From the NCBI RefSeq assembly GCF_009914755.1, contig NC_060934.1: a DNA stretch of 64,000 nucleotides. The stretch is one strand, 5' to 3'. Of the stretch, positions 12,866 through 28,169 are shown one piece after another. The position numbers were made by a program, and so were the translations under genes. The notes under the pieces were generated by a model that saw only the letters and a list, made by a program, of their open reading frames with translations, was not told where the DNA came from and did no database searches. This stretch comes from the human T2T-CHM13v2.0 reference genome, Homo sapiens. Positions within the stretch are counted from its first letter, which is position 1; every line of letters begins with the position of its first letter.

Positions 12866-13529
12866 AGGATGATGATGACTCAAAGCTCCTATCTCACAAA
12901 GGTGTCAAGAGGAAGAACAAAGAAAAATAAACAGAAACGCTGCTTCCATGGCAAGCTTGGTACAGAATAGTTTTGTTAGCCCTCTTAAGACTCCCTCTCT
13001 CATTCTTTCTCCGAGGTTTTGCTTGCCCCTACCAAAATGATGTTACTGAGAGGCATGCGAATTGCTTTCAGTAATCATCATCCTCCTTCCCCTCCCTAGT
13101 TTGGAGGAATTCTTTCTAATCTGCTTTCGGGAAGCCTTTTACTGCAAATCTGGAATCCACTCAAGATCTGGGCTTTTGGAAAGAAAGACTTGAAAGATCT
13201 GTCAATGACAACCATTGTTTTTCCTATCAATTTCCTCACTGAGGCAACTGAACTCCCAGCACACTACCTGCTTGTATTTGGTGAAGCAGTGGACGATAAC
13301 AAGGGGGAACAACAGACTAATTCCTCAGGATATTATGAAGTCACACATGCCTTATACCAGTTAAACCTTATGACAAATCACCAGGAACCAGGTACTAACA
13401 TGGTTAGTCTTTTTCTGAAGGTTAAGTGACCAACCAGTAAGTATTTGAACTAGCATTACTTCAGGCATAAGTCGGCCTGACTCTAAACTTCAAGAGCTAT
13501 AATCTATTTCAGAAAGCTCACCATGAACT

Positions 13530-14062
<533 letters not shown>

Positions 14063-14179
14063 TTAAGGGTATACTATTGATTGAATAAGCACGTCCAGAG
14101 GAGTGCAGCATCCTCCAGCTAAGGTGGTCATCCCGGATATGCATTGAGAGATATATGACCCAGAGAAGAGGGGATGTGA

Positions 14180-14671
<492 letters not shown>

Positions 14672-14759
14672 TGAAAGAAGTAGTACAGAATCCAAACAAT
14701 GTCTTATGCAATGATTATCACCTTCAATGCAAAGAAGGAATATTTACCAGCTGCCTCTT

Positions 14760-15362
14760 TAAAAAATAAGATATAATTCACATATCCTAAATGTTACTAT
14801 GTAAAAGCATGCAATTCAGTGCTTTTTAGTATATTCAAAGATTTGTGTGACCACCATCACAATCTAACTGGAAAACATTTTCATCACCCCAAAAGAAACC
14901 CCATAGCAGTAACTTCCCACTGTCCTAATTCCCCAGCCCCTGAAAACCATGAATCTACTTTCTGTCTGTATTCTTTGTGGAAGTGTCTACTCAGAATATT
15001 TCATATAAGTGGAATCATACAATATGTGACTTCTCGTGCCTGACTTCTTTCACTTAGCATAATATGTTCAAGGTTTCTTCATGCTGTAGTATGTATCAAT
15101 ACTTCATTTTTATGGCTGAGTAATATCCCATTATCAGTGTATTTGTTCTTGGGTTGTTCCCACATTTTTCCTAGTACGAATAATGCTTCTATGACCATTC
15201 GTAAACAGTTTGTGTGTGTGTGTGTGTGTGGACTTATGTTTTCAGCTCTTTGGTGTACATAGCTAGGAGTAAAATTATTGGATCACATGTTAACTCCATG
15301 CTTAACTTTTTGAGTGACTATCAAAGTGGTTTTCACAGTAGCTGCACACTTTTACACTCCCA
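14760..15362 (-). mobile_element. Old L1 3' end (L1MB-like) with internal (TG)n at ~15210-15229
   Basis: gatataattcacata ... cattttcatcacccc ... ttctttcacttagcataat, typical antisense L1MB 3' sequence. Confidence 0.85.
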
Positions 15363-16259
15363 CTTAATGGTCTCTTTCTGCACTATGAGATAAAAAGAGT
15401 TAATGAAAAATAACAGAACAAAATTGCAGAATTTAAAAGCTAAGTGTCACGCACTTATCCTCCATTTAAAGCATCTTTCCCTAGGCCTCCTACTATGATT
15501 TGGTGGCTACAAAATCAGAGTTCCAAGAAAGACAAATAATTTACTTTCATCGTTTATAAAATCCATTTCTTTTATTCTTTAAATCCATTCTATTGGCTCT
15601 CACAGAACACGAGTAATACAGAAAAATAATACCTCGTTTGTGATTGAACTGTAGCAAAATTTCACAGTAAAATTTCAAAAAGCAAAAATTTCAAAACAAA
15701 AATTGTCATTATCACTTACTTAATGACTATGTTACTGAATACTCTTTTGGAGAATCTAATTCATGTACACAGACACACACATACATATATATATAATTCT
15801 CCTGTGAAGAGCTATGCTATATAAAGAGATTTGTAATTATTGTAATAGAAGGTAAGATATCTTAAAAAAAAAAATAGTCCCATAAACGAGGCTTGCTACT
15901 GACCTCAGTCAGTAACCAGGAGGCTTTCATGTGGCATCTACTAGGTGCTTGACACTAAATAATGCAAAAATGCAAAACGTAAACATTTGCTTTGGCTATA
16001 TCCAGTCTAAGGCTGGGCACACGACAGTGACCGGCAGGAGTCAGAGTCACAGTCCATATGCCTCAGAGTCAAGTTGCCAAAAGAGGGAGCATGGACCCTG
16101 GCAGAGAAAACTGGTTGTCCTCCGCAGCACCAGCCTTTACGGCAGAAAAAAAAATGCTGGTATTTTTTTAAGTGGTTGTTTTTATTTATGTTCACTCTCC
16201 AAATAATTCTCAAGCCTCTTCTTCTTTTTTTATCCATCTATATCTCCTTTACTACCGTA

Positions 16260-16420
16260 ACAGTGTTGAAGCTTTTACGGGCCAGGGCTCCACTGAAAAC
16301 TTAACAAAAAGAAAACTTCTCCTTTGAAAAGTGTCTGTGTACTCAACTTTTACACAGAGTTGTGGGAGCTTATGTGAATCCCCTGAAGCCAACCTATGAA
16401 CCTCTTCGAGGACACCTGCC
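16260..16420. mobile_element. Probable hAT-type DNA transposon fossil
   Basis: cagtg terminus and cccctgaagccaacctatgaacc resemble short hAT-Charlie MITEs. Family not assignable. Confidence 0.4.
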
Positions 16421-16665
16421 TGCATTATGGTGAGTCATTTCACCCCTGGAGCCCTTGCAATGTGAATAAGGATGTCCTCCTACAGTTGTTCTGATGAAAA
16501 ATGTGATCTTTTCTTTGTTGAATTGTCACTGGGCGCACCACATCCCTGGAAAATCATCCCTCTAGATTAATCTACTTCCTTGGATCTAAGAACTGTACTT
16601 ATGAAAGCACCCTTCAATTAGCATTTTGCCAACTGGCACTACTAACAAAGACAGGTCCTAACACT

Positions 16666-17272
16666 CACACTAGTCAGTCCAGTCAGCGGACAGAAACCAC
16701 ATCACTTACTTAAACAGAGAGAATTTAAATTGAAGAATTGTTAACTATTATACTATTGTTAACTAGATAATTGAAGATGTAAAAAGAGAACTTGAAGATA
16801 TTACAGAGGAAGCAACTACAGAAAGCAGCTACCCCAGGGCTGAGGGGAAAATGGAAACAGGTTGGCAATATGAAAACTCAGAAATATAGAGGAGAGACCC
16901 AATGAGGTAAAACTCTGAAGATGGGATGCAGCATGGCTCCTCTGGCATCTCTGGTGGAACACCAGGCAATTTGTTCCTGGAGTGTTGGAAAAACTGCAAA
17001 CTGGATGCAGCTGCAGCTACAGGAAAGAACTCCTGCTGCCCAAGTGAAGATGCGTTGCTGGGATGAAGCTCAGGGTAACAGGAAGGAGACAGGGAGCAAA
17101 TAAGGAACCAGCCCTGACCTCCTCCTCCAACCCTGCAGTCTTCCTGAAGCACCCTCTGCTTGCAGAGCTTAACAGGGAGCCTGCAGGCAAAGCAGGAAGG
17201 CTGCAGAGGCCTCTCCAGCTTCCCAAAGCAGAGTGCAGAAGGGTAGGTTTGGAGCTAATAATAACTGGCACG
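16666..17272 (-). mobile_element. Ancient solo LTR (LTR78-like)
   Basis: tagtcagtccagtcagcggacagaaaccac ... gaattgttaacta at one end and ggtttggagct ... aataactggcac at the other match the recalled LTR78 termini. Confidence 0.65.
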
Positions 17273-17480
17273 CAAATTATCTCAATGAAAAGTCTCTAGA
17301 TTTTGTTAAATTCTGAAATCAGCAATTGAAAAAGTTTTCATCTGCATAATAGATGCCTTGGAACGGCTAATAACCCCGCCACCTGCACTGAGCACTCCCT
17401 ATGCTCTAGAGTGTAACGATTTAGTTAATATAATCTGTAATTTCACTTAATCTTCATAACACAAATTCCCTGCTCTCTGA

Positions 17481-17605
17481 ATATACACACATACATGTAT
17501 TTATACATATATCTTCATATACTTACATATATTTCTATATACATACATACACATATATATATACACACATATATAGACACATGGCGAGAGGGAGAGAGAG
17601 AACGA
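17481..17605. repeat. (TA)/(CA)/(GA) low-complexity tract within a decayed MIR
   Basis: Mixed dinucleotide runs seen directly. Confidence 0.8.
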
Positions 17606-18269
17606 GAACACTTGCATTATTTGCGTTAACTCTAGAGATCTAGAATAAATATTATATATTTATTCCTAAACAGAACAAAATAAATTAAAAAAGAAAAAAA
17701 AAAGAACCACCGAGATAACAAGACTGGGAATGTTTGAATAATTGCCCAGAAACTAAACGCATATCTGACCTCCAACCCTGTGCTCTTAACTACTCTATAT
17801 TACTATCCACAGCCAGCTCGGGACACCAGATCTCCTTCTAAAAAGGCCACTTTCCTAGTAGGGCACTCAGCGATATTCAATGACACTGATACAAAGGCCC
17901 CTTGTGCCCTAACGCTGCAGGGTTACTAGAGTTCACTGGGCTAGGAAAGCACCAGGACACTGTCTGGGTGATGTCTGCTGTGTTCCTATTAAAACCCATT
18001 CACTGTCTGGTCTCAATTACTTTTAATTACAATGAGCTACGGCTTCAATTGCATACAGCACAGATATTCTTGTATAATTCTTTCCTAATGATACTACTTT
18101 AAACATAGAAAAAGATTTGGAGAGATGAGATCAGCCAAGGTGGAAAGACCATGAATAAAAGCATAAAGAGATGCAACTAATTTTCTAAGGAGCATTTCCG
18201 CTGACTTTTACAATACTTTAAAAACACATTTTTAAAATATAGCAAAATTCTATGAGATGAATCTCCATA

Positions 18270-18815
18270 GGCATTCATTTAATGCATTTCTTCAATAAAA
18301 ATATTTATCCAGCACCTATAATTTGCCAAATAGAGGTGACTCAGATATGGCCACTGCCCTCAAGGATTCTGCCCTCTAATTGAGGGGATTCTACCATCTA
18401 ATTGAGTTTACCCTCAATTAGACTTAGAGACATGAATTCAATAACAACTACTACATACTGAATACTAATGCTGGCAGCCACTGTTCAAAATGTCTGATAT
18501 GTATTAAATCGCTAAATGCTCACAACAATCTATAAGGCAGATAAGTCTTAGTATCCCTATTTTACAGATAAAGAAAGCGAGGCTCAGAGAATTTAAGCTA
18601 TTTTATCCAAGTCATATAGCTAGTAAATGCTGGAGGCAGAATTTGATTCCAAGTACTCTGACCCCCAATCCTCTGTATTTACCTAGGCCATGTTGCCTCC
18701 CATAAAAACAATAAAGAAATGCTAAATGTCATGTGGCACTATGGACACCAGTACTATATGGTTGGGAAAGCAAAGAAGGTTACTTTCAGAAAATAACATT
18801 TCACCTGGGCTTGGA
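18270..18815 (-). mobile_element. L2 3' fragment interrupted by a MIR (~18445-18700)
   Basis: cattcatt ... tatttatccagcaccta ... ctgccctcaagga (L2); attttacagataaagaaagcgaggctcagaga (MIR). Confidence 0.7.
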
Positions 18816-19850
18816 CTTTTTTTTTTTAACATAGAATTTATTTTTTAGAGCAGTTTTAGGTGGAATGGAAGGTACAGAGATTTCCCATATATTCCGTGCT
18901 CCCACACTTTTACAGCTTCCTCTATTATCAATATCTCACACCAGAATGGTACATTCATTACAACTGATGAACCCACATTGACACATCGTCATCACCCAGA
19001 GTACAAAGTTTACATTGAGGTTCATTCTCGGCCTTGTCCATTCTATGCATTTGGACAAATTTATAATGGCATGTATCCACCATTATAACATACGAAGTAG
19101 TTTCAGTGCTCTAAGAATCATCTGTGCTCCACCTATTCATCTCCTGCACTCCCCCAACACCGGGCAACCACTCATCTTTTTACTGTCTCCATAGTTTGGT
19201 CTTTTCCAGGATGTCATACATATTTGGAATCACGCATTATGCAGCCTTTTCAGATTGGCTTTTTTCATTTAGTAATATGTGTTTAAGTTTACTCCATGTC
19301 TCTTCATGACTTGATAGCTCATTTCTGATTAGGGCTGAGTAATACTCCATTTTCTGGATGGTGCCACAGTTTCTTTGTCCATTCACCTACCAGAAAGCAT
19401 TTTTGTTGCTTCTAAGTTTTAGCAATTATAAACAAAGCTGCTATAAACAGTGGTGTACAAGTTTTCGTGTGGACATAAGTTTTCAACTCCTGTGGATAAA
19501 TTGCAAGGAGTGCAATTGCTGGATCATTTGGTAAGAGTATGATTCGTTTGTGAGAAACCACCAAACTGTTTTCCAAAGTGGTTGTACTATTTTCCATTCC
19601 TAATAGCAATGAAGAAGAGTTCTTGTTGCTCCACATCCTTGTCAACTTTTGGTGTTTTCAGTGTTCTCAATTTTGGCCATTCTCATACATGTGTAGTGGT
19701 ATCTTATTGTTGTTTTAATTTGCATTTCCCTAATGAAATACGATGTGCAGCATTTTTTTTCATATCCTTACTCGTCATCTGTATAACTTCTTTGGTGGCA
19801 TATCTGTTAAGTTCTTATTGTTGAGTTTTAAGAGTTCTTTGTAAATGTTT
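18815..19850 (-). mobile_element. L1MC1-like 3' end
   Basis: T-tail, ttttagagcagttttagg, ggtacagagatttcccatat, gatgaacccacattgacacatc. ORF 19412-19645 resembles the L1 ORF2p C-terminus (DPAIALLAIYPQELKTYVHTKTCT). Confidence 0.9.
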
Positions 19851-20214
19851 TTTAAATAAAGTATATTCTCTGACTGTTTTCATCAATAACAGTAACTCAC
19901 CTTTATTGATAAGTGTTTATTGTTTGTTAGACAGTAGATATTCAAGGCACATCTATCCAAAAGTGGGATGATCTACATCTCTATAAATCAGCCTCAATGA
20001 TTTGACATTTCAATAAGATACATTTGCATGGAAAAAAACTTCAACATATTCTTTGGGAGTTTTGTAAACTGAGCAGTTTGGTTTTATAACTAATTAGAAT
20101 ATACTGAATTTGAATTTTATATGTTAAAATCGAGAACTTGAGGTAATGAGAGCACAAGCCAGAAATGGTGGCTCCATAATTAATCCCAATTTAAAAAGTC
20201 ATTTGCTTATTAGA

Positions 20215-20450
20215 AAACAGCATGATGCAGTGAAGAGAGTTTGGAATTAGTCTGGTTTTGCTTTCCAACTTTTGTATGATGAAACGGATTGAAAGCAAAG
20301 CCTAATGAAAACAAAGGTCTTCTATGATGCAGTTTAAGTGCCTTCTGAATCTCACTTTCCTCTTCTGTGAAGTTGACATCAACACTTTCATTGGAATAAA
20401 TGTTCTAGGCACAGAAGATGGCAGAGGGTATTTGATAAACATTATCCTAT
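20215..20450 (+). mobile_element. MIR fragment
   Basis: cagcatgatgcagtg start and ttctgaatctcactttcctcttctgtgaa core. Confidence 0.55.
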
Positions 20451-21109
20451 AGAAGCAGGATTGTTGATACTGTTACAGAAAAAATCATGAAGACTGTCAG
20501 GAATTCCCAAATTCACAAACACAGAAATGTATCTTTGGGCTCCTGAATTTCTCCATTCATATGCTTCTAAAGTTACACATTTCCTATGCACAGATTCACA
20601 GAGAAATTGTCTAAATTTGTACCTTTCAATAAATTTTTAAAAATATATATATGGGTAGCAACTTTTGCAGTAGCTGGGGAACTTACTGAAACCTATTCTT
20701 CAATCATTCTTTCTTGTTTCCATACAAATTACATGGTGGGTGTGTTCCCATCAAGAAAAGCTACAGCTGAATTCAATTTTCTGCTCTTTAATCTCTCTAC
20801 ACTTTCCATTTTCAGGCAACGATTTTCTTAGGGAGCTTCACATTCATTTTATTATTGTCACCAGCCATATCAGCTGACTTTCTTCTGATGTCCTTTTTGA
20901 GAAAAGAAACAAAACTTTATTATTTCAAAAGGGTGACACCAAAAAAAAATCAAGAATATAGGGAATAGCTACTAATTAAGTGACTTTCTGTACAGTGCTT
21001 GAAATTCAAATACTAACTTTGACAAAATTGCCAATTATCTCAGATCATGGGCTTCTGAGAGCCAGCTGCCCACAGGTTAGTGATACTGTGAATACTAAAG
21101 TCTGTTGCT

Positions 21110-21390
21110 AGGTTTTCGGCACCGTATTTGCTAGAACATTAGTACTATGAGACTGTATCTAAATACTTATGCTATAGTGAAATAAACTTAGTACTATAGC
21201 CTTCTTGGTGATTCATAGAGCATATTAGCATGTTAAAGTCTCCAAAGTCCTACACTCAAGGAATCTACTTAATATTGCATAAGCCAGCATAGCCCAAACA
21301 TGTTTGACTTTGGAAGCTTTTTTAATATTTTGGTTAACACCTATTAATATTTTACAGCACTGGTATTTCTCATAGTAATCTCTTCTAAAC
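21110..21390. mobile_element. hAT-Charlie DNA transposon fossil (Charlie4-like)
   Basis: gcatattagcatgttaaagtctc..aagtcct, ccagcatagcccaaacatgtttgac and aacacctattaa match recalled Charlie motifs. Confidence 0.5.
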
Positions 21391-22484
21391 TGTATGCACA
21401 ATACACCAGCGAGCACAAAACAGTAACACACAATATTTGAACAAACTACAACACACAATGTTTAAACAAATTTTAATTAATTCATCCAACAAACATTTCC
21501 TAGTAATTACTCATATATGAAAGCAAGTTGTTTATTCACATGGTTCATTAGCATAATTCACTATCCTGTTGTGAGTCAACATTTAATGAGCCCAGGGATG
21601 GGCTTTTGGGAGAACAACATGTAGCTCTTTGTGGGTAAATTAAGGTACATATTTTATTTTAGCTCCCATTGAGGTGAACATCATGGTGAAGTGGACGCTC
21701 CTAGGTGTTCCCTGGAGTTTACTTTTCTGAGGTTCTGATGGTGGCTGTTATTCTACTATATCCCCGAAGCCACATTTTACAATGTTGTAGGAGGAGTCTG
21801 GGACATTGGAATGACTAAAACATTTTCATCATGAGAATAGTTAGTGTGTTGATTCAATATATTTAACTCCTTTGCGAAAAATCTTATATTGCAGTGCTCA
21901 CATCTGATATGCACACTTTACCTGTTATGCTATTTCAAGATGAAAGCAGCTTGATTATTTGCATGTGTTACTTCTAATGACTCTACCTCGGAGGGATCTG
22001 CTCTATTTTTTCACAACCAATCACTTTTATCTTCCTTCATACTTTCAGACTGTTTCTATTGACCTAAAGTTTCACATGTTTCTGTTTTATTTTTCCCCTC
22101 TAATGTGTTACTAGCTTTTCTCCTGTGGTGTCTCTGAGGTCCAGTATATGGTTTAGCCATTTTTCTAGTTTTGAAAATAATTATTTAAGTAATCAAATCC
22201 TCAACATTGAATACCATTTAATAACTATTTTCGGTCCAATTAGATGACATATTTAAGGTTACCTGTTGTATACATTCTAAACTCAGTCTTAAAAATGCTT
22301 AAGAAATACATACTATAAACTCTTGCTATTCTTATAAAACTGCTACTACTTACCTATCACCAGTTATTTTCAAATTCATAAATGTAAAGGCATAATTTTT
22401 CTGTGTTTTTTTTTTAGATGTTTACATAGAACAAGTGCAGGATGAAACTTAGGAAAACGTACATATTTTATAAAGACAGTTAAT

Positions 22485-22730
22485 AATTGGTGATGTTTAT
22501 TTAAGATTTGTTATATAGCAAGCACTGTATTAAGCATTTCACATACTAGATCTCATTTAACCCTCATAAGAATCTCTTACATCCGTTTCACAGTTAAGAG
22601 AACTGAAATGCAGAGGTGAGTCCCTGGATCAAGGCCATTACTCTATGAAACACAGAAGCAGTTCTCAACACTGGATCTCTCTGACTCCAGAGTTTTCCCT
22701 ATTAACCACTATGCTTTGCTGCCTCCAGAA
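22485..22730 (-). mobile_element. MIR
   Basis: tctcatttaaccctcataa ... gagaactgaaatgcagaggt ... tctgactccagagt ... ttaaccactatgct. Confidence 0.8.
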
Positions 22731-23887
22731 AATCTACTCTAAATATACTACATATGGCAATGGAAAAGAAGAGATTTAGATAAGCATATGGTAATTAGAA
22801 AAGAAGGGGGCATTTAGGAAGAAAGTTAGGCAAATGCTTAGAAAGAGAATTAGGGTGAGAATTTAAAAAATCAGGAAAATCTTTTTCACTGATTTTGCAA
22901 TTCCAAACCATCATTTAATGTCTGGGAAATTCATGGTCCTCATCTGTTAAGTGGAATTGTTGTTTCCTAATCACTTATGATGAATATAAAGTGTTAGGTG
23001 AGTAAAGAGAAATTAGAAAATTTTAAGGAACACTAAATATTAGTTTCAAAGTGTCCTTCCAATGTGATGTACAACATTAAATACTGTGTAAAATACTTTG
23101 GGACAGTGGGTCTATTTTCAGTAATTCACCAATAAAAATATTTTACTATAGTAATTTTAAATGTTCTAAGACCACGGTGTTAAATAACTTATACTCAGTA
23201 AAAGGAGGTTCCATGCTGGAGTAGTAGAAGTGTTTGGGACAAAAATATAAAATAAAATAAAAAAGATTACTCATTCAATTTAGCCTAGTTCTAGCTCAGA
23301 TTTCAGACAATTCAAAATAAGATTAGAAATGAGAAGCTAATTTATCACTCAAGGGACAGAAGCCTGTTTGTGGACACTCAATTATAGGATCGGGACTTTG
23401 CATGTGAACGCCTTCTACATAGCTTCTTGCCCAGATCTCAGGCTGAAGTATTCTCTGGTGATGAAAACAATTCCAAAAACAATGAATGCCTTTGTTCTGG
23501 ACACACCTCTTCCATTCAGTTGTGTTCTCTATCACTCCCTCAGTATCAGATCTTCTTTTCATTTTTCTCCCATCTATGCCCAGGGACTCTTCATATTTTG
23601 AACTACCTAAAGCTTTGTACTTGATCATTTTTCAGGACCATCAGTGAACTTGACTTACCAACACCCCTCTCCTCTTCCAAGAAAACTACAACCCATATTT
23701 CCTAATTTAGCACTTAACAATATTAAGGCCACTTACTGTTTCACTGTGGTTGTATTTGTGTAAAGTACTCTCTGCAACTAGCTTGAGATCCTCTGAGGTC
23801 AGCTGTCACATTTTATCTTACTGTATTTTTCACAAATTACACAAAAGGTACTCAAGGAGTTAACTGCTTAAAAATGGTGTTGAGATC

Positions 23888-24324
<437 letters not shown>

Positions 24325-25864
24325 CTACAAACTACACATATTTAAAATGGCCACATTCTACATTGTTTGTCATAATGGAGGGTTGGTATTAGTGCTTCCC
24401 CTGATCTCAGTACTGATTCCTGAAGAAGACAGGAAAGAAGTGAACAGTCACCACTTGCTCTAGGAACCATCACTGCTAACAATTTTTTGCTACATCTTGC
24501 CAGTGTAAGGCAAAGAGCCAGAACACAGAAAGGCTGCTAGAGGCTGGGATGTCAGCTAATTAACCCTCAGAAGAAATTTGTGCCCCAATTCCGAAAAATG
24601 GGTGATAAAAATTTGAGGCCACAGATACTTCAGAAGCAAACCAGGAAGGCCCAGAGTGAGTCAATCAATCTGACTAGAACCCTAGAAAATTGACAGCTCT
24701 GTGGAAGTCAGTACACACGCCACAGAAACATCACCAAAAGGAGAACTCCAAGCTAACACAGAAGCCAGGATTTACTGGCCAATAATTAAGGTATCTTGGA
24801 TGGACCCCAGCTCTTGCCTTTGGCTAGCTTACAACCTTCCTCATGAGCAGCTCCCACCTAAAAGATTAACAAAATAAAATGTATGATAAAAAACAAGAGA
24901 GATTTAGCTTTCAAATTGTAACATAATTATGCTCATGCAATCCAAATAATTCTCAGCAGTCTGAAATTCCTCAGAGACACAAATGAATATATTACAAACA
25001 CTCTGGTCATAAAGCCCATGTTTCCCAGCAATAAAATTGCTGCAATAAACATTTGGGTTCTTTTCCATTTTTAGGACCATTTTGAACAACCTGCTTCTAA
25101 TGTATTTCATTAGCTTCCTCAAAGTCTTCCAATGAATGACAAAACCTCCAGTGCTTTGAGTGGCTGACATTAAGCCATAATGTTGTTTTGCAGTGTGTAG
25201 TCTTCTCACTGCCAAGCAAGCGTTTTCTGTTATGTTCCCCTGCATTAAATCTCTCCCAGAAATACTGTCTGCAACCTATAGGCAACTAGTAAAATGAGAT
25301 TATCTCCCTTGACCCCAAGTCACTCCAGCATTAGCCAGAAGGGACTGTGAACACTAACAATACTTTGAATTTAAAGACAATTTTTGTCCTCAGGTTAAAA
25401 AAATCTTGTACTTTACTCTTTGAACAACCACTCACAAACTCTTCCCTGAGTCGCGTGTGGTCTGGTAACAACATATTTATTGATAAGCTTTTCCACTGAG
25501 TAATCAGACAGTGCATTATTTTATAAAGAGCTTGGTATGTGAAAGGCCTTCAGCAGTTCTGTAACCGACACAATAAGAAAGTATTGCACTTCCATCAGAG
25601 ACATTTTACATACAAGAGCTGAAAGTTGTTCCACTGCTATGATATTTCAAAAAGCAATTTTTAACAAGTTCTGCTCTTTTTCATCCTTAAAACCCAGTTA
25701 TTAAAACAATAATAACACACAATCTCTTAAATGAATTTTAACCTCATGTTGTCAACTGATCTCAATAAAATCTTATAGGAAACTCAAAAGGCACCTTTTG
25801 TTACCAGAGTGTCAGTCCTCACCAGGACCCTTCTTTCTATTCTGCATTTTCTGTCTTTCATGAT

Positions 25865-26100
25865 TATAGCTAATATATTTCTTAAGAGTTACTGTGTTAA
25901 GTATATTACATTTATCATAACATTTAGTCACACAACCATAAAAAAAAGATATCATTGCTATTCCCATTTTATACATGAATCAACAGAAGTTCAGAGAAGT
26001 CAACCAACTTGGTCATAAGCTAGTCAGTACCATAACTGCAGTTCAGTTTCAGATCTAATCCAAAAAGCTGTATCTCTAAACACTCTGCTGAACTATCTCT
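25865..26100 (-). mobile_element. MIR
   Basis: ttcccattttatacatgaatcaacagaagttcagagaagt core. Confidence 0.7.
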
Positions 26101-27402
26101 TTAATCTTTCCCTACCTATACTAGAAGAATCCAATCTCATCAAACTTTACAACTCAATGGATAATGGTAAAGTAAGAAGACATCTGAAAATTTTTCCTGA
26201 AATACGTCTCAGGTTACCACGTCACAGGCTAACCCCAAATAAAATTATCTAATAGGAATCTGCCATGAATTTCTTCACAGGGAATTTTCTATAATTCATT
26301 CAAATAGAGGAAAGTTGACTTGATTGCTTTTTATATATGATGTGAACATGTCTATCACTATACTAAACCATTGTTGCATAGACCCACAAGACTTTCCATT
26401 TAGAGAACTGTTCTCAACTACTCCTCAAATCTGCCTCCTGTGGGTGAGAGACTTGAGAACTTAGACCCTTGAATGCTGCTTTCTTTCTTTGCATTCTGTA
26501 GCAATTAATTCTCTCCTTATTCAGAAAAAGCTACTAATAGTTCATGTATTGTTGCTTATGGCTATCACTTAGTCTATTTATAAATGCAGCAGATTTTTGA
26601 GACAGTAAATATACAAAGACACAAAGAAAAAGAGTGAAAAAAAGCATGATCAGAAGAAAAAAGAATAAGGAAGTAACTGCATGAATAGCATCAACTGAAA
26701 ATACAAGAACAACTCAAAGATAATTGGCCCTTCCTCTGGCTATCTCAGTCATGAGGTATTAGCATGAACCAGAAAACCACAGAGAAGAATTCACAAAGGA
26801 AACCATTGCTGTGAGCTACATGAACTAGCGGGAAAGTGCTAGAAAAATTCTCTCTTTGTCTTTGGACTCACAGCAAAGATAACATGCAGAATATTGTGTT
26901 TGTATGTTTGGGAAGAAAGAAAATCACTATAAAACTGATAAGAGACTTCCTCCAAAGAGACAGTGGCAGTTTCCCATTTGGCATGTTTGAAGCAATAGCA
27001 CCATTTCTTAATTGTCCAATTTGTTGTGAATAGCCTAGTTTTCCTTCAATTTAATTTCAGGATTTGTTTGATTTTTAATCACACCTGCACTTTCGGAAAC
27101 TCTCAGAGCAAAGATTTTTCTGTCCTCAAGGCATGGTTTCCCACCTGTCAGAACAGGGCCTTGACTGCCCTCAGAGGCTCTGAGGTGAAAATGAAATGGC
27201 CTCGAATGTTTGGAACTTTACTTTTCCTACTCTTTAAGAGGAGATTTTTGTTTGGTTGGGTTTTGTTTTGTTTTGCTTTGCTTTTAAAGTTTTTTGTTAT
27301 TGGTGTTTATACTACTTAATTATCATTTTAATTCACACAGTGCTGTTCAAAGGTGAAGACTTTTGTTTTATTTTGTTTACTACTCCGAAGAAGTGGTGCT
27401 TC

Positions 27403-27720
27403 TCCTTTCTTTTTTTTTCTTTTCTTTTTTGTTTTTTTAGAGACAGAGTCACGCTCTGTCGCACAAACTGGAGTGCAGTGGTGTGATCTCAGCTCACTGT
27501 AACCTCCACCTCCTGGGTTCAAGCAATTATCCTGCCTCACTCAGCCTCCAAAGTAGCTGGGATTACAGGTTTGTGCCACTACAGCTGGCTAATTTTTGTA
27601 TTTTTGGTAGATACCGGGTTTCACCATGTTGGCCAGTCTCGAACTCCTGAGCTCAGGTGATTTGCTCACCTTGGCCTCCCAAAGTGCTGGGATTACAGGT
27701 GTAAGCCACTGTACCTGGCC
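27403..27720 (-). mobile_element. AluS (Sx-like)
   Basis: Dimeric Alu with ctcaggtgat. TSD tggtg(c/t)ttc. Confidence 0.92.
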
Positions 27721-27822
27721 TGGTGTTTCATTTTGTTTTGTTTTTACAAATGTCCTTTAAGTCCAAAGTCCAAGAGCTGGATTTCTTGATGTGAGAAGAA
27801 ATCTGTGAAAGTCAGCTGCTTG

Positions 27823-28169
<347 letters not shown>

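Noticed and set aside
16829-17299. Cluster of overlapping ORFs in a GC-richer segment
   Set aside because: It lies inside an LTR78-like solo LTR and has no protein similarity.
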